From contig CAZDME010000004.1 in NCBI GenBank assembly GCA_964506785.1, positions 1 through 39,209 of the forward strand: a stretch of 39,209 nucleotides of DNA, read 5' to 3'. The stretch comes from an uncultured bacterium (GTDB lineage: Bacteria > CAZDME01 > JAYEMH01). Of this stretch, positions 10,130 to 18,610 are shown piece by piece. Every line of letters begins with the position of its first letter. The stretch's first letter is position 1. The position numbers and the translations under genes were made by a program. Under the pieces are notes generated by a model. That model was not told the DNA's origin, searched no databases, and worked only from the letters and a program-made list of their open reading frames with translations.

Positions 10130-10132
10130 TTT

Positions 10133-10843
10133 TTAAGCGGATTTCAAGTTATCTTTGCAATCTACAATTTTTTCTTCTGGAATAAGATGTTTCCGGAAAC
10201 TGGCGAAATCGGCCAAATCCGTCAGGCTAACGCTTTCGGAAAACACGAAAGGTCCTTTCCTCAGACGAACTAAATCAAGGAGGCAGGCTCCGCAGCCGAC
10301 AATTTTGCCGAAATCATGAGCCAGGGTTCTAATATAGGTGCCTTTAGAGCAGTGAACGTAAAAGCGCAGCCGGGGGAATTCTAGAGAAATAATTTTGAAT
10401 TTATAAATATGTATTCCCCTGAGACGCCTTTCTACTTCCTGCCCCTTCCTGGCTAATTCGAATAATCTCTTGCCTTTATGCCGCCGGGCGGAAAACATCG
10501 GTGTAAGCTGTTCCCGTTCGCCATGAAACTGGCCGCTTATCTCATTCAGCTCCTCGATACTAATGTGCGGAATTTCTTTTAAAGCGGAAACCTTTCCTTC
10601 GATATCCTGGGTGTCGGTTTCGATGCCCAGCAGGAAAAAACCTTCGTATTCCTTTTCTCCTTGAATCAATTGGGCCGAATGTTTAGTCGATTTTCCCAAA
10701 GCCAGCGGCAAAACACCCCGGGCCATCGGATCCAAGGTGCCCAAGTGCCCCACCCGGGGAAACTCAAATCGTCTTCTGATAAAATCTACCACATCATGCG
10801 AAGTAAATCCTTTGGGCTTATTTATATTAAGAAAACCGTTCAT
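10133..10843 (-). CDS. truB: tRNA pseudouridine(55) synthase (short, no PUA tail)
   Basis: NKPKGFTSHDVV, GHLGTLDPMARGVL, CSKGTYIRTLAHD. Confidence 0.96.
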   Translation of the reverse strand: MNGFLNINKPKGFTSHDVVDFIRRRFEFPRVGHLGTLDPMARGVLPLALGKSTKHSAQLIQGEKEYEGFFLLGIETDTQDIEGKVSALKEIPHISIEELNEISGQFHGEREQLTPMFSARRHKGKRLFELARKGQEVERRLRGIHIYKFKIISLEFPRLRFYVHCSKGTYIRTLAHDFGKIVGCGACLLDLVRLRKGPFVFSESVSLTDLADFASFRKHLIPEEKIVDCKDNLKSA

Positions 10844-10864
10844 ATTCTCCGTTCACAAAACATC

Positions 10865-11209
10865 TCATTTTATCTTTGCCTGCTTGAGCAGCTTATCAAT
10901 ATGAAGAGCGTAATCCAGCGAATCGTCATATTTAAACGATATTTCCGGGATGTAACGCATCCGCACTTTCTTTCTTATTTGGCTGCTGATAAAACCGGCG
11001 GCGCTATTTAATCCCTTTAAACTGGCTTTCTTCTCCTGTTCGGTGCCAAGAATATTGACAAAAACCTTGGCGTAGCGCAAATCCTTGGATACTTTAACGG
11101 TGACTACGGTAACAAAACCGATGCGCGGGTCTTTAATGCCATCCTGGATTAATTCGCTAATGATTTTACGCAGGGTGGAGCTTGCTTTAGCGATTCTTTG
11201 GCTGGGCAT
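10865..11209 (-). CDS. rbfA: Ribosome-binding factor A
   Basis: KDPRIGFVTV, SKDLRYAKVF, RYIPEISFKYDDS; ATG at 11209 preferred. Confidence 0.95.
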   Translation of the reverse strand: MPSQRIAKASSTLRKIISELIQDGIKDPRIGFVTVVTVKVSKDLRYAKVFVNILGTEQEKKASLKGLNSAAGFISSQIRKKVRMRYIPEISFKYDDSLDYALHIDKLLKQAKIK

Positions 11210-11296
11210 AATCAAACGAATTCTATCTGCTGGGTTATTGCTTTTCGGGAATAATTGGCTTTGACAAATCCAATTACCGCTTTTTGTTATAAAATG

Positions 11297-13483
11297 CTAT
11301 AACGTCGGGGTTAATTTTTCCAGGCGGAAAGTTTCGACTAAATCGCCTGTTTTTAAATCATTGAAATTGGCAATACCGATGCCAAATTCAAAACCGCTTG
11401 ATACCTCCTTGACATCGTCTTTGAAACGTTTCAAAGAAGAAATAGCTCCCTCGTGGATAATTGTCCCGTTTCTTACTATCCTCACCCGGTTTGAACGTAA
11501 AAATTTACCGGCAGTAACATAGGCTCCGGCAATCGTCCCAACCTTAGAAACACGGAAAACCTGCCGCACTTCGGCCCGGCCGGAAAACACCTCTTTATAA
11601 GTCGGCTCAAGCAAACCGGTCATCGCCAATTTCATTTCGTCTAACAGCTCATAAATTATCCGGTAGATTCGGATATCCACATTCTCTTTATCGGCTAAAG
11701 TCTGGGCGTTCGTATCGGGGACAACGTTGAAACCGAAAATTATCGCATTGGAAGCCGCCGCTAAAATAACGTCTGATTCGTTTATGCCGCCTGCCCCGCT
11801 ATGGATAATTTTAATCTTCACTTTCTCCGTCCTAAGTTTTTCCAGTGACGCTTTAATCGCCGTAACCGAACCAAGCACATCGGCCTTTAAAATTATCCGC
11901 AGTTCCTTTATCTTCCCTGCCTGGATCTCTTCATGCAAATCCTCTAAGTGAATATGGGTTACCCCTCTAAGAGCCTTTTCCCGTTCTTTTTGCTTGCGTA
12001 AAAGACCTATCTGGCGGGCCTTTTTCTCATCGTTTAGTATGGTAAAAAGCTCTCCGACTTTCGGCATATTAGAAAAACCTAAAACTTCCACCGGGGTAGA
12101 AGGCCCGGCTTTTTTAATGCGGTGTCCGTAGGCATTAATCATCGCTTTGACCTTGCCGTATTCTGCGCCGCTGATAAAAATATCGCCCACCCTTAAAGTG
12201 CCTTTTTGCACCAGGATAGTCGCAATCGGCCCTTTCCCTTTATGAATTTCGGCTTCAATGACTGTCCCTTCGGCCAAACGGTTAACATTGGCTTTTAATT
12301 CCAGCATTTCCGCCTCTAAAAGGAGCAGCTCCAGAAGATTATCTATCCCCTTTCCGGTTTTAGCCGATACATTAGCGAAGATTGTTTTTCCGCCCCATTC
12401 TTCAGATACCAAATCGAACTCAGTTAGTTTTTTCTTGATTTTAGTTGGATTGGCTTCCGGCTTATCCATTTTGTTTATAGCCACCAGAATCGGCACTTTG
12501 GCTGCTTTGGCATGGTCTATGGCCTCGACCGTTTGCGGCATAACCCCATCATCGGCAGCCACCACTAAAACAACCACATCGGTTACCTTAGCCCCATGGG
12601 CTCTCATGGCCGTAAAGGCTTCATGTCCCGGAGTATCTAAAAATACTACCTTCCCGTTTGGAAGCTCAACTTCATAAGCGCCGATATGCTGGGTAATCTC
12701 TCCGGCTTCTCCCTCGGTGATTTTAGACTTGCGGATAGCGTCTAAAAGAGTCGTTTTTCCATGGTCCACATGTCCCATGATAGTAATTACCGGGGGGCGC
12801 AGCTTTAAATCTTTGTCTTCGTCAACAATCCTTTCAATCGGTGAAATCTCTTCTTCCTCAGAGGTGCTTATTTTAGCTTCTACCTCAAAATCCTTAGCCA
12901 CTACTACGGCTAAACTTTTTTCCAGGCGCTGATTTATGGCCGCCATTACTCCCCGGGACATTAAATTTTTTATTAATTCAGTGGGCGTAATTTTTAGTTT
13001 CTTAGCCAGTTCGCCTACAGTCGGTGATTCTTTAAATTCTACGATTAATTTTTCTTTTTTTTCGGCTGTTCTTTCTAAAGGAGCCTTCGCCTCTTCTTTA
13101 AGAGGCGGGACAATTTCAGCTTCTTTCTTGCTTACTGGAAATTCTTTAGCCTTTTCGCTTACCGACGGCTGGATTTTAACTTTTGGGGAAACTTTAATTT
13201 CTTTTTCAACCTCCGGCTGAACTTCTTTAACTTTTCGCCCGGTAAGTTCGGCAATAGTCGGAGATTTCTTAGCCTTTTCCTTAACCTTAGCCTTCTCCTT
13301 AACCTTAACCTCAACCTTAGCCTTAACCTTAGCCTTGGCCTTAACCTTGGCCTTGACCTTCTCCTTAACCTTAACCTTAGCCTTGGCCTTAACCTTGGCT
13401 TTAACTTTAACCTTAGCCTTAACCTTAGCTTTGTCGGCAGGTTTTTTTTCAGATTTTCTTATTTCTTTTTTCTTTTTTGGCAT
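11297..13483 (-). CDS. infB: Translation initiation factor IF-2
   Basis: RPPVITIMGHVDHGKTTLLD, DTPGHEAF, SLKRFKDDVKEV. Confidence 0.98.
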   Translation of the reverse strand: MPKKKKEIRKSEKKPADKAKVKAKVKVKAKVKAKAKVKVKEKVKAKVKAKAKVKAKVEVKVKEKAKVKEKAKKSPTIAELTGRKVKEVQPEVEKEIKVSPKVKIQPSVSEKAKEFPVSKKEAEIVPPLKEEAKAPLERTAEKKEKLIVEFKESPTVGELAKKLKITPTELIKNLMSRGVMAAINQRLEKSLAVVVAKDFEVEAKISTSEEEEISPIERIVDEDKDLKLRPPVITIMGHVDHGKTTLLDAIRKSKITEGEAGEITQHIGAYEVELPNGKVVFLDTPGHEAFTAMRAHGAKVTDVVVLVVAADDGVMPQTVEAIDHAKAAKVPILVAINKMDKPEANPTKIKKKLTEFDLVSEEWGGKTIFANVSAKTGKGIDNLLELLLLEAEMLELKANVNRLAEGTVIEAEIHKGKGPIATILVQKGTLRVGDIFISGAEYGKVKAMINAYGHRIKKAGPSTPVEVLGFSNMPKVGELFTILNDEKKARQIGLLRKQKEREKALRGVTHIHLEDLHEEIQAGKIKELRIILKADVLGSVTAIKASLEKLRTEKVKIKIIHSGAGGINESDVILAAASNAIIFGFNVVPDTNAQTLADKENVDIRIYRIIYELLDEMKLAMTGLLEPTYKEVFSGRAEVRQVFRVSKVGTIAGAYVTAGKFLRSNRVRIVRNGTIIHEGAISSLKRFKDDVKEVSSGFEFGIGIANFNDLKTGDLVETFRLEKLTPTL
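13268..13432. repeat. In-frame hexamer tandem array in the infB 5' region encoding (K-V/A)n
   Basis: ccttaa/ccttag/ccttgg units; protein KAKVKAKVKVKAKVKAKAKVKVKEKVKAKV... Confidence 0.9.
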
Positions 13484-13511
13484 TTTTTCTCTGCTCTTGA
13501 GCGGCCCGTTT

Positions 13512-14663
13512 CTAATCCGCTTTTTTCACCGCTTCTAATATTTTCTCTACCGTTTTTTTGCCGATTCCCGGGATTGCCGTTAGGTCTTCAACTTGGGCTT
13601 TCAACAGTTTATCGAAAGAATCGAAACCGCCTTGAATTAATCTATTTAAAGTACTTTTTCCTACTCCCGGTAATTCCAATATCCCCTCGGCCTTCTTTTT
13701 TGCCTCTTTTTTCGTCTTTTTCTCCTCGGCTAAAGTAGTTTCAGTTTTTATATCGATTCTCCAGCCGGTCAATTTTACCGCCAGGCGGACATTCTGCCCC
13801 TTCTTGCCGATAGCCAGAGAAAGCTGGTCATCCGGCACAATTATCTCCGCCCTTTGCTCTTTGGGGCTGGTATTCACCTGGGTAATTTTTGCCGGGCTCA
13901 AGGCGGCCATCAGATAATCATTTATATTTTCGTTCCAGCGGATAATGTCAATTTTTTCGCCCTTTAATTCTCTGACGATTGCCTTAATTCTATTTCCCCT
14001 CACTCCCACACAGGCGCCCACGGCATCGACATTTTCCTGGGTGGAATAAACGGCAATTTTAGTTCGTTCCCCGGGCTCCCGGGCAATTCCTTTTATTTCA
14101 ACACTTTTATCGCCGACTTCCGGAACTTCCAATTCAAACAAGGTCCTGACGAAATTTGGGTGGGTGCGGGAAAGAATCAACTGCGGCCCTTTAGAGGTTT
14201 TTTTGACCTCTAAGAGATAGAATTGCAGCCGTTCTCTCGGCTGGTAGGTCTCTCCCCGAATCTGCTCCCGGAACGGTAAAATCCCTTCGGTATTGCCTAA
14301 ATCGATTATTTTACTTTTGTATTCTTCTCGTTGAATAAACCCGGTGACGATACTTCCCTGCTTATCCTTAAAATCCTCATAGACAACCTCTTTTTCTGCC
14401 TCACGGATTTTCTGAATAATTACCTGCCGGGCAGTTTGAGCGGCAATACGGCCGAAATTTTTTGGGGTAATCTCTTTTCGGCCGGAAAAAACCTTAAAGG
14501 CGCCGGTTTTGCCGTCAACTTTTACTTTTATATTCTCATCCTGGCCAAACCGCTTGCGGGCCGCCGTAAGCAAAGCCGCTTCGATAGTGGCCAGCAAAAC
14601 CTCTTTTTTAATACCCCTTTCTCTTTCCAACTGCTCTAAGATTACCAGAATATCTCCTGCCAT
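13512..14663 (-). CDS. nusA: Transcription factor NusA with C-terminal HhH extension
   Basis: FGRIAAQTARQVIIQKIREAE, AREPGERTKIAV, LAIGKKGQNVRLA; C-terminal LPGVG...IPGIG. Confidence 0.97.
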   Translation of the reverse strand: MAGDILVILEQLERERGIKKEVLLATIEAALLTAARKRFGQDENIKVKVDGKTGAFKVFSGRKEITPKNFGRIAAQTARQVIIQKIREAEKEVVYEDFKDKQGSIVTGFIQREEYKSKIIDLGNTEGILPFREQIRGETYQPRERLQFYLLEVKKTSKGPQLILSRTHPNFVRTLFELEVPEVGDKSVEIKGIAREPGERTKIAVYSTQENVDAVGACVGVRGNRIKAIVRELKGEKIDIIRWNENINDYLMAALSPAKITQVNTSPKEQRAEIIVPDDQLSLAIGKKGQNVRLAVKLTGWRIDIKTETTLAEEKKTKKEAKKKAEGILELPGVGKSTLNRLIQGGFDSFDKLLKAQVEDLTAIPGIGKKTVEKILEAVKKAD

Positions 14664-14688
14664 TTTGTTTTTTCCTCATAGGTAGAAT

Positions 14689-14715
14689 AAAAAAAGTGGG
14701 GAAACTCACCCACTT
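14689..14715 (-). terminator. rimP-leader-like attenuator hairpin upstream of nusA
   Basis: Minus strand AAGTGGG-TGAGTTTC-CCCACTT followed by a T run, between the putative promoter and the nusA start. Confidence 0.65.
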
Positions 14716-14746
14716 GTTAAAACCGCTGCCGGAAAACTCAAACTAT

Positions 14747-14775
14747 AAAATATCACATATAGGTAAACTATGCAA
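14747..14775 (-). promoter_or_regulatory. Putative nusA-infB operon promoter
   Basis: TTGCAT-N17-TATTTT with extended -10 TG. Confidence 0.4.
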
Positions 14776-14806
14776 GGAAAATCTTCGGATTAATTAAACC
14801 TGCTCA

Positions 14807-15985
14807 TCATTGCCTTTTCGTATTCATCCCAGGCTTTTTTCCGACAAGCATTATCGCCCCGGTTTGCCCCCTGATTTTTTTATAGGCCTTTAAAATATCC
14901 GCTTTGCTGGTTAACCCTTTATTTTCCGCCATTGCACTAACCAGCTGGATATGCTTTTCCAAAGCATCCGGGTATTGGAGGCGTATAATTTCCGAAACCC
15001 CATTTTTTCTAACCTTTATCCCCAGATCTGATTTTTTCTCTAAATTAGTAATGGATTTAGCAATGAGTTTTTCCCGCCATTTTTCGATATTGTCTTCGCC
15101 TTTATAAAAATAAACGGTAATCTTCGTGCCGAATTTTTCCTTATTTCTTTTAACCAATTTAAAAAAAAGATTTTGCTCATCGGGCAGTATAATTGCACTT
15201 TGTCAAGGCGTTTCTATTATCGAGAAATCGGATGTCCCAACTGCCATAGTTAAAGCCTGCCCGAGGTCTCCATTATTACCGAAAGATTTTTCCCATTTAA
15301 TTGCATCTTCAATGGGAATTTCTTTGCCTCCTTTATCAACAAAACCTTTTCCGTTATCTATAACCGTCATTTTTGTATAATTACCTTTTTTAAATTGGGC
15401 TACTACAAAAACAATACCTTCCGCAACATGCTGTTGACCATTTTCCAAAAGAAGGCTTAAAACAAAACGTTCCGCCTTGGGTAAAAAAATTTTTGTAAGT
15501 TCATAAAAAAACGAGTAAATTTCCCAAAACCTTTGATTTGGATTCCACTGACGGGTAATCTTAATGCCCTTTTCTTTTGCTTCCTTTTCTATTGTTTGAA
15601 AATTTTTCTTATTCATTTTGGACCCGCCAAAAAGCATAATTTCCACATCTCTTCTTTCCTCCAACTTCCCTATAATTTCATATACCTCGGTGTAATCGGG
15701 ATTTTCCTCTTCATAACCGGGCAGGGCCCTTCCTAACTTAGATATCAGCTCATCGACCGATAAGGATAAATCCCCCTCAAGGCTCGCTTTCAGTGCATTT
15801 GAATAATTTTTCTCACCGATCGCCGGAACACGCAAGAAAGTTTCTGCCTCTGCCCGGGCAAAATCCGTAAAAAAGCCCGGATTAAACAAAAAAGCCCCGA
15901 TGACAAAAAGGGCTGCAGCCTTTAGGAAATTCCGCTTCCGTTTACGGTTAACCGTGTACAGTTTATCGCTATTAATCTGTTTCAT
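14807..15985 (-). pseudogene. Signal-peptide/TM protein with GHKL (HATPase_c-like) domain, interrupted by in-frame TGA at 15203-15205
   Basis: ORFs 15203..15985 and 14807..15157 are in the same frame with one stop between them: ...IIETP*QSAIILPDEQNLFFKLVKRNKEKFGTKITVYF. GHKL boxes LLENGQQH, VIDNGKGF and GDLGQAL lie before the stop; the last GT-x-I-T-V strand lies after it. Confidence 0.6.
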
Positions 15986-15992
15986 AATTCCA

Positions 15993-16020
15993 ACTCATCG
16001 CTCTTAGCTCATGGCTCATA
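15993..16020. repeat. Degenerate 7-mer array
   Basis: actcatc gctctta gctcatg gctcata. Confidence 0.6.
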
Positions 16021-16061
16021 AAATAAAACGGCTGAGGCACCTATTTCTAGGCAACTCAGCC
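16020..16061 (-). terminator. Riboswitch expression-platform intrinsic terminator
   Basis: Minus strand GGCTGAG-TTG-CCTA-GAAA-TAGG-TGC-CTCAGCC-GTTTTATTTT; overlaps the aptamer 3' strand. Confidence 0.8.
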
Positions 16062-16180
16062 TTCCTTTGTTTTCACCCTTCGACTATCCTTCGACAAGCT
16101 CAGGATTTCGCTCAGGGTTGCTTTCAGCAAGGATCTGTAGTTTTGCGTCTCCGCCTTGCGGCGGATTTGCCTTTATCTAT
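16047..16180 (-). ncRNA. Cyclic di-GMP-I (GEMM-I) riboswitch
   Basis: Minus strand TAGATAAAGGCAAA-TCCGCC-GCAA-GGCGGA-GACGCAAAACTACAGATCCTT...AAGGAAGGCTGAGTTGCCTA. Consensus GGCAAA/GNRA/GACGCAAA/GUUGCC; positions equivalent to Vc2 G20 and C92 are G and C. Confidence 0.88.
16075..16118. repeat. Nested REP-like palindrome inside riboswitch P3
   Basis: Outer ACCCTTCGACT...CGCTCAGGGT enclosing inner ATCCTTCGACAAGCTCAGGAT (16086-16106). Confidence 0.75.
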
Positions 16181-16202
16181 ACTTTATAACTTATCAAAAG
16201 AA

Positions 16203-16231
16203 AGTATAGCATAAAATATGGGCTATATCAA
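16203..16231 (-). promoter_or_regulatory. sigma70 promoter upstream of the riboswitch
   Basis: TTGATA-N17-TATACT with extended -10 TG. Confidence 0.65.
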
Positions 16232-16244
16232 AAAATCTAAAAAT

Positions 16245-17405
16245 TTATCTCACTTTGGCCGGTTCTTTGAGCATTTTCTTTACCCGGGGAATTAGCTCAT
16301 CTACCCCAAGGGTAATCTCATTTTTGTCCGTTCGCCGCTTTAACTCGACCTTCTTCTCCTTCATCAGCTTGGGGCTGACCACCAATCTTATCGGAATACC
16401 GATTAAATCGGCATCTTTGAATTTTACCCCGGCCGACTCATCCCGATTATCCCATAAAACATCAATCCCTTCTTTTTTTAAATCACCATGAAGTTTATCG
16501 GCCAGATTAACTATTTCCTTTTCCTCCCCCACGTTAAGAATCTCCACCTCATAAGGAGCGATAGATGCCGGCCAGGTAATTCCATCCCGGTCGTGCCAGG
16601 CCTCAATAACCGCCGCTAACAAACGGCTCACTCCAATCCCGTAGCAGCCCATAACCATTAACTTTTGGGCGCCTGATTCATCGCGGTAAACAGCTTTTAA
16701 CGACTCACTGTATTTTGTCCCCAATTTAAAGATATGGCCGATTTCGATATCTTCTCCGTTTTTGGATTTAGAGACAAATTCTTCGGAAAGCTTTCCTCCA
16801 ATCAACCCGGAATCAGCCGCTTTTTTCTGAGCCTTTAATCCGCAGCGGGCAAAAATCTCGGGATAAACCTCCGCCATTTTCCTGTAGCTCCTGTCGGCCC
16901 CGGCTTCATCTAAATCGAAGCTATAAGCATCTTTCATCGAAAACTCCCGGCTGCGCATCACCCCAAAACGCGGGCGGATTTCATCGCGAAACTTCGTCTG
17001 GATTTGGTAAAGAGTAACCGGCAGTTGTTTATAGGAACGGATTTCCCCTCTTACCAGATCAGTAATCACCTCTTCATGCGTCGGCCCCAGGCCGAATTCC
17101 CGGTTATGACGGTCTTTCAGGCGCAGCATCTCTTTGCCGTATTCCTTCCAGCGTCCGCTCTCCTGCCAGAGGGTAGCCGGATGAAGCACCGGAAGAAGCA
17201 CCTCTTGGGCTCCGGCCTTATTCATTTCCTGGCGGATAATGGTTTCAATTTTGTTAAAACTCCGCCGTCCCAGCGGAAGATAAGAATAAATCCCGCTGGC
17301 TAATTTTCGTATTAACCCGGCCCGCAGCATCAAACGATGGCTGACCATCTCTGCTTCCTGAGGGGTTTCTTTTAAAGTAACTATAAATGCTTCCTGCCAG
17401 CGCAT
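16245..17405 (-). CDS. proS: Proline--tRNA ligase, bacterial type lacking the INS editing domain
   Basis: SHRLMLRAGLI, LGPTHEE, KFRDEIRPRFG, IEIGHIFKLG, MGCYGIGVSR; only 386 aa. Confidence 0.96.
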   Translation of the reverse strand: MRWQEAFIVTLKETPQEAEMVSHRLMLRAGLIRKLASGIYSYLPLGRRSFNKIETIIRQEMNKAGAQEVLLPVLHPATLWQESGRWKEYGKEMLRLKDRHNREFGLGPTHEEVITDLVRGEIRSYKQLPVTLYQIQTKFRDEIRPRFGVMRSREFSMKDAYSFDLDEAGADRSYRKMAEVYPEIFARCGLKAQKKAADSGLIGGKLSEEFVSKSKNGEDIEIGHIFKLGTKYSESLKAVYRDESGAQKLMVMGCYGIGVSRLLAAVIEAWHDRDGITWPASIAPYEVEILNVGEEKEIVNLADKLHGDLKKEGIDVLWDNRDESAGVKFKDADLIGIPIRLVVSPKLMKEKKVELKRRTDKNEITLGVDELIPRVKKMLKEPAKVR

Positions 17406-17447
17406 GAAATCACCTCCCGCTATTCATAAATCGTAAATTATTTTTTC

Positions 17448-18512
17448 TCAAGCTTTAAATTTTTTTATTTCTTTAATCAAGGCCTCCAGGCATTTTTTCT
17501 CCGGAACCTTTTTTATTTTTTTCCCTTTCTTGAATAACCAGCCCTCTTTTTTATCCAGGGCCAAACCAATATCTGCCTGGCGGGCCTCCCCGGGGCCATT
17601 GACCACACAGCCCATTACCGCCACTTTGATATCCGGTCCCGCTTTATTAGCCGGAAAAATTTTTTTTAAAGAATCCTCAAGCTTCCCCACTATTTTAATT
17701 AAATTAACCTGGCAGCGGCCGCAGGTCGGGCAGGAAATAATCGTCGGGCCAAACTTTCTTAAATTCAAGGCGCTAAGAATCTCCCGGGCCACCTTGACCT
17801 CTTCAACCGGATTGGCCGTTAATGAAACCCGGATAGTATCCCCGATTCCCTCGTGAAGAAGACAGCCGATACCCAAGGCAGAACGGATAGTTCCGCTTCT
17901 AATCGGCCCCGCTTCGGTAATGCCCAGATGAAAAGGATAGCTGCATTTTTTAGCCAGAAGCTGATAGGCAGCAATGGTTTCTCCGACATCGAATGCCTTC
18001 AGAGAAAAAATTAAATCATGGAATTCCAAATCCTTGCAAATCCGCAGGGTATCTAAAGCCGCCCTGACCATATCTCCGCAAAGAGGCCCGGCGGTGCGTC
18101 TGGGAAGAGAACCGGCATTAATACCGATTCGCACCGGAATTTTTGCCGTTTTAGCTGCTTGAAAAATTTTTTTTAGATTCTTATGGCTGGGTATTGTTCC
18201 CGGATTAATCCTCAGGCCGTCAACCCCCTGGTTGATTGCCTCCAGGGCCAATTCAGTAAGAAAATGAATGTCGGCAACTAAGGCGATATCGATATATTTC
18301 TTTATCTTGGCTAAAGTTTTTACCGATTGCCAATCCGGAACGGCTAAACGGATAATTTCGCATCCGGCTTTTTCCAATCGATGAATCTGGCGGATAGTTT
18401 CCCGCCAGTCGGAAGTATCGGTTTCAGTCATCGACTGGATGGAAATAGGCGCATTCCCGCCAATTTTTACCTTTCCTAACTTAACAACCCTCGTTTTTCT
18501 TCTTTTCCCCAT
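17448..18512 (-). CDS. ispG: HMBPP synthase IspG
   Basis: IQSMT, ADIHF, RINPG, GIGDTIRVSL, SCPTCGR, VMGCVVNGPGEA. Confidence 0.97.
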   Translation of the reverse strand: MGKRRKTRVVKLGKVKIGGNAPISIQSMTETDTSDWRETIRQIHRLEKAGCEIIRLAVPDWQSVKTLAKIKKYIDIALVADIHFLTELALEAINQGVDGLRINPGTIPSHKNLKKIFQAAKTAKIPVRIGINAGSLPRRTAGPLCGDMVRAALDTLRICKDLEFHDLIFSLKAFDVGETIAAYQLLAKKCSYPFHLGITEAGPIRSGTIRSALGIGCLLHEGIGDTIRVSLTANPVEEVKVAREILSALNLRKFGPTIISCPTCGRCQVNLIKIVGKLEDSLKKIFPANKAGPDIKVAVMGCVVNGPGEARQADIGLALDKKEGWLFKKGKKIKKVPEKKCLEALIKEIKKFKA

Positions 18513-18525
18513 CTTTCCTTATTTT

Positions 18526-18610
18526 CCACGAGCTATCAGCCGTGAGCTATTTGCCCCGTAGCATCCCGTAGGGATTGGTATCGGGGTGAGCCATCAGCCG
18601 TGAGCTATTT
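18526..18610. repeat. REP-like hairpin flanked by 23-bp direct repeats built of 7-mers
   Basis: gagctatcagccgtgagctattt (18530-18552) and gagccatcagccgtgagctattt (18588-18610) flank GCCCCG-tagc-ATCCC-gta-GGGAT-tggtat-CGGGGT. Confidence 0.8.

Noticed and set aside
11252-11296. TTGACA and TAAAAT on the plus strand between infB and rbfA
   Set aside because: Spacing of 21-23 nt is wrong for sigma70; the region is better explained by a weak TAATTGG/CCAATTA hairpin.
15203-15205. Alternative genetic code (TGA=Gly/Trp) or selenocysteine
   Set aside because: Conserved genes here end normally at TGA and have no internal TGA; no clear SECIS or redox-Cys context.
16011-16214. 67-aa plus-strand ORF
   Set aside because: Antisense to the riboswitch; ILRQAQD is simply the translated REP sequence.
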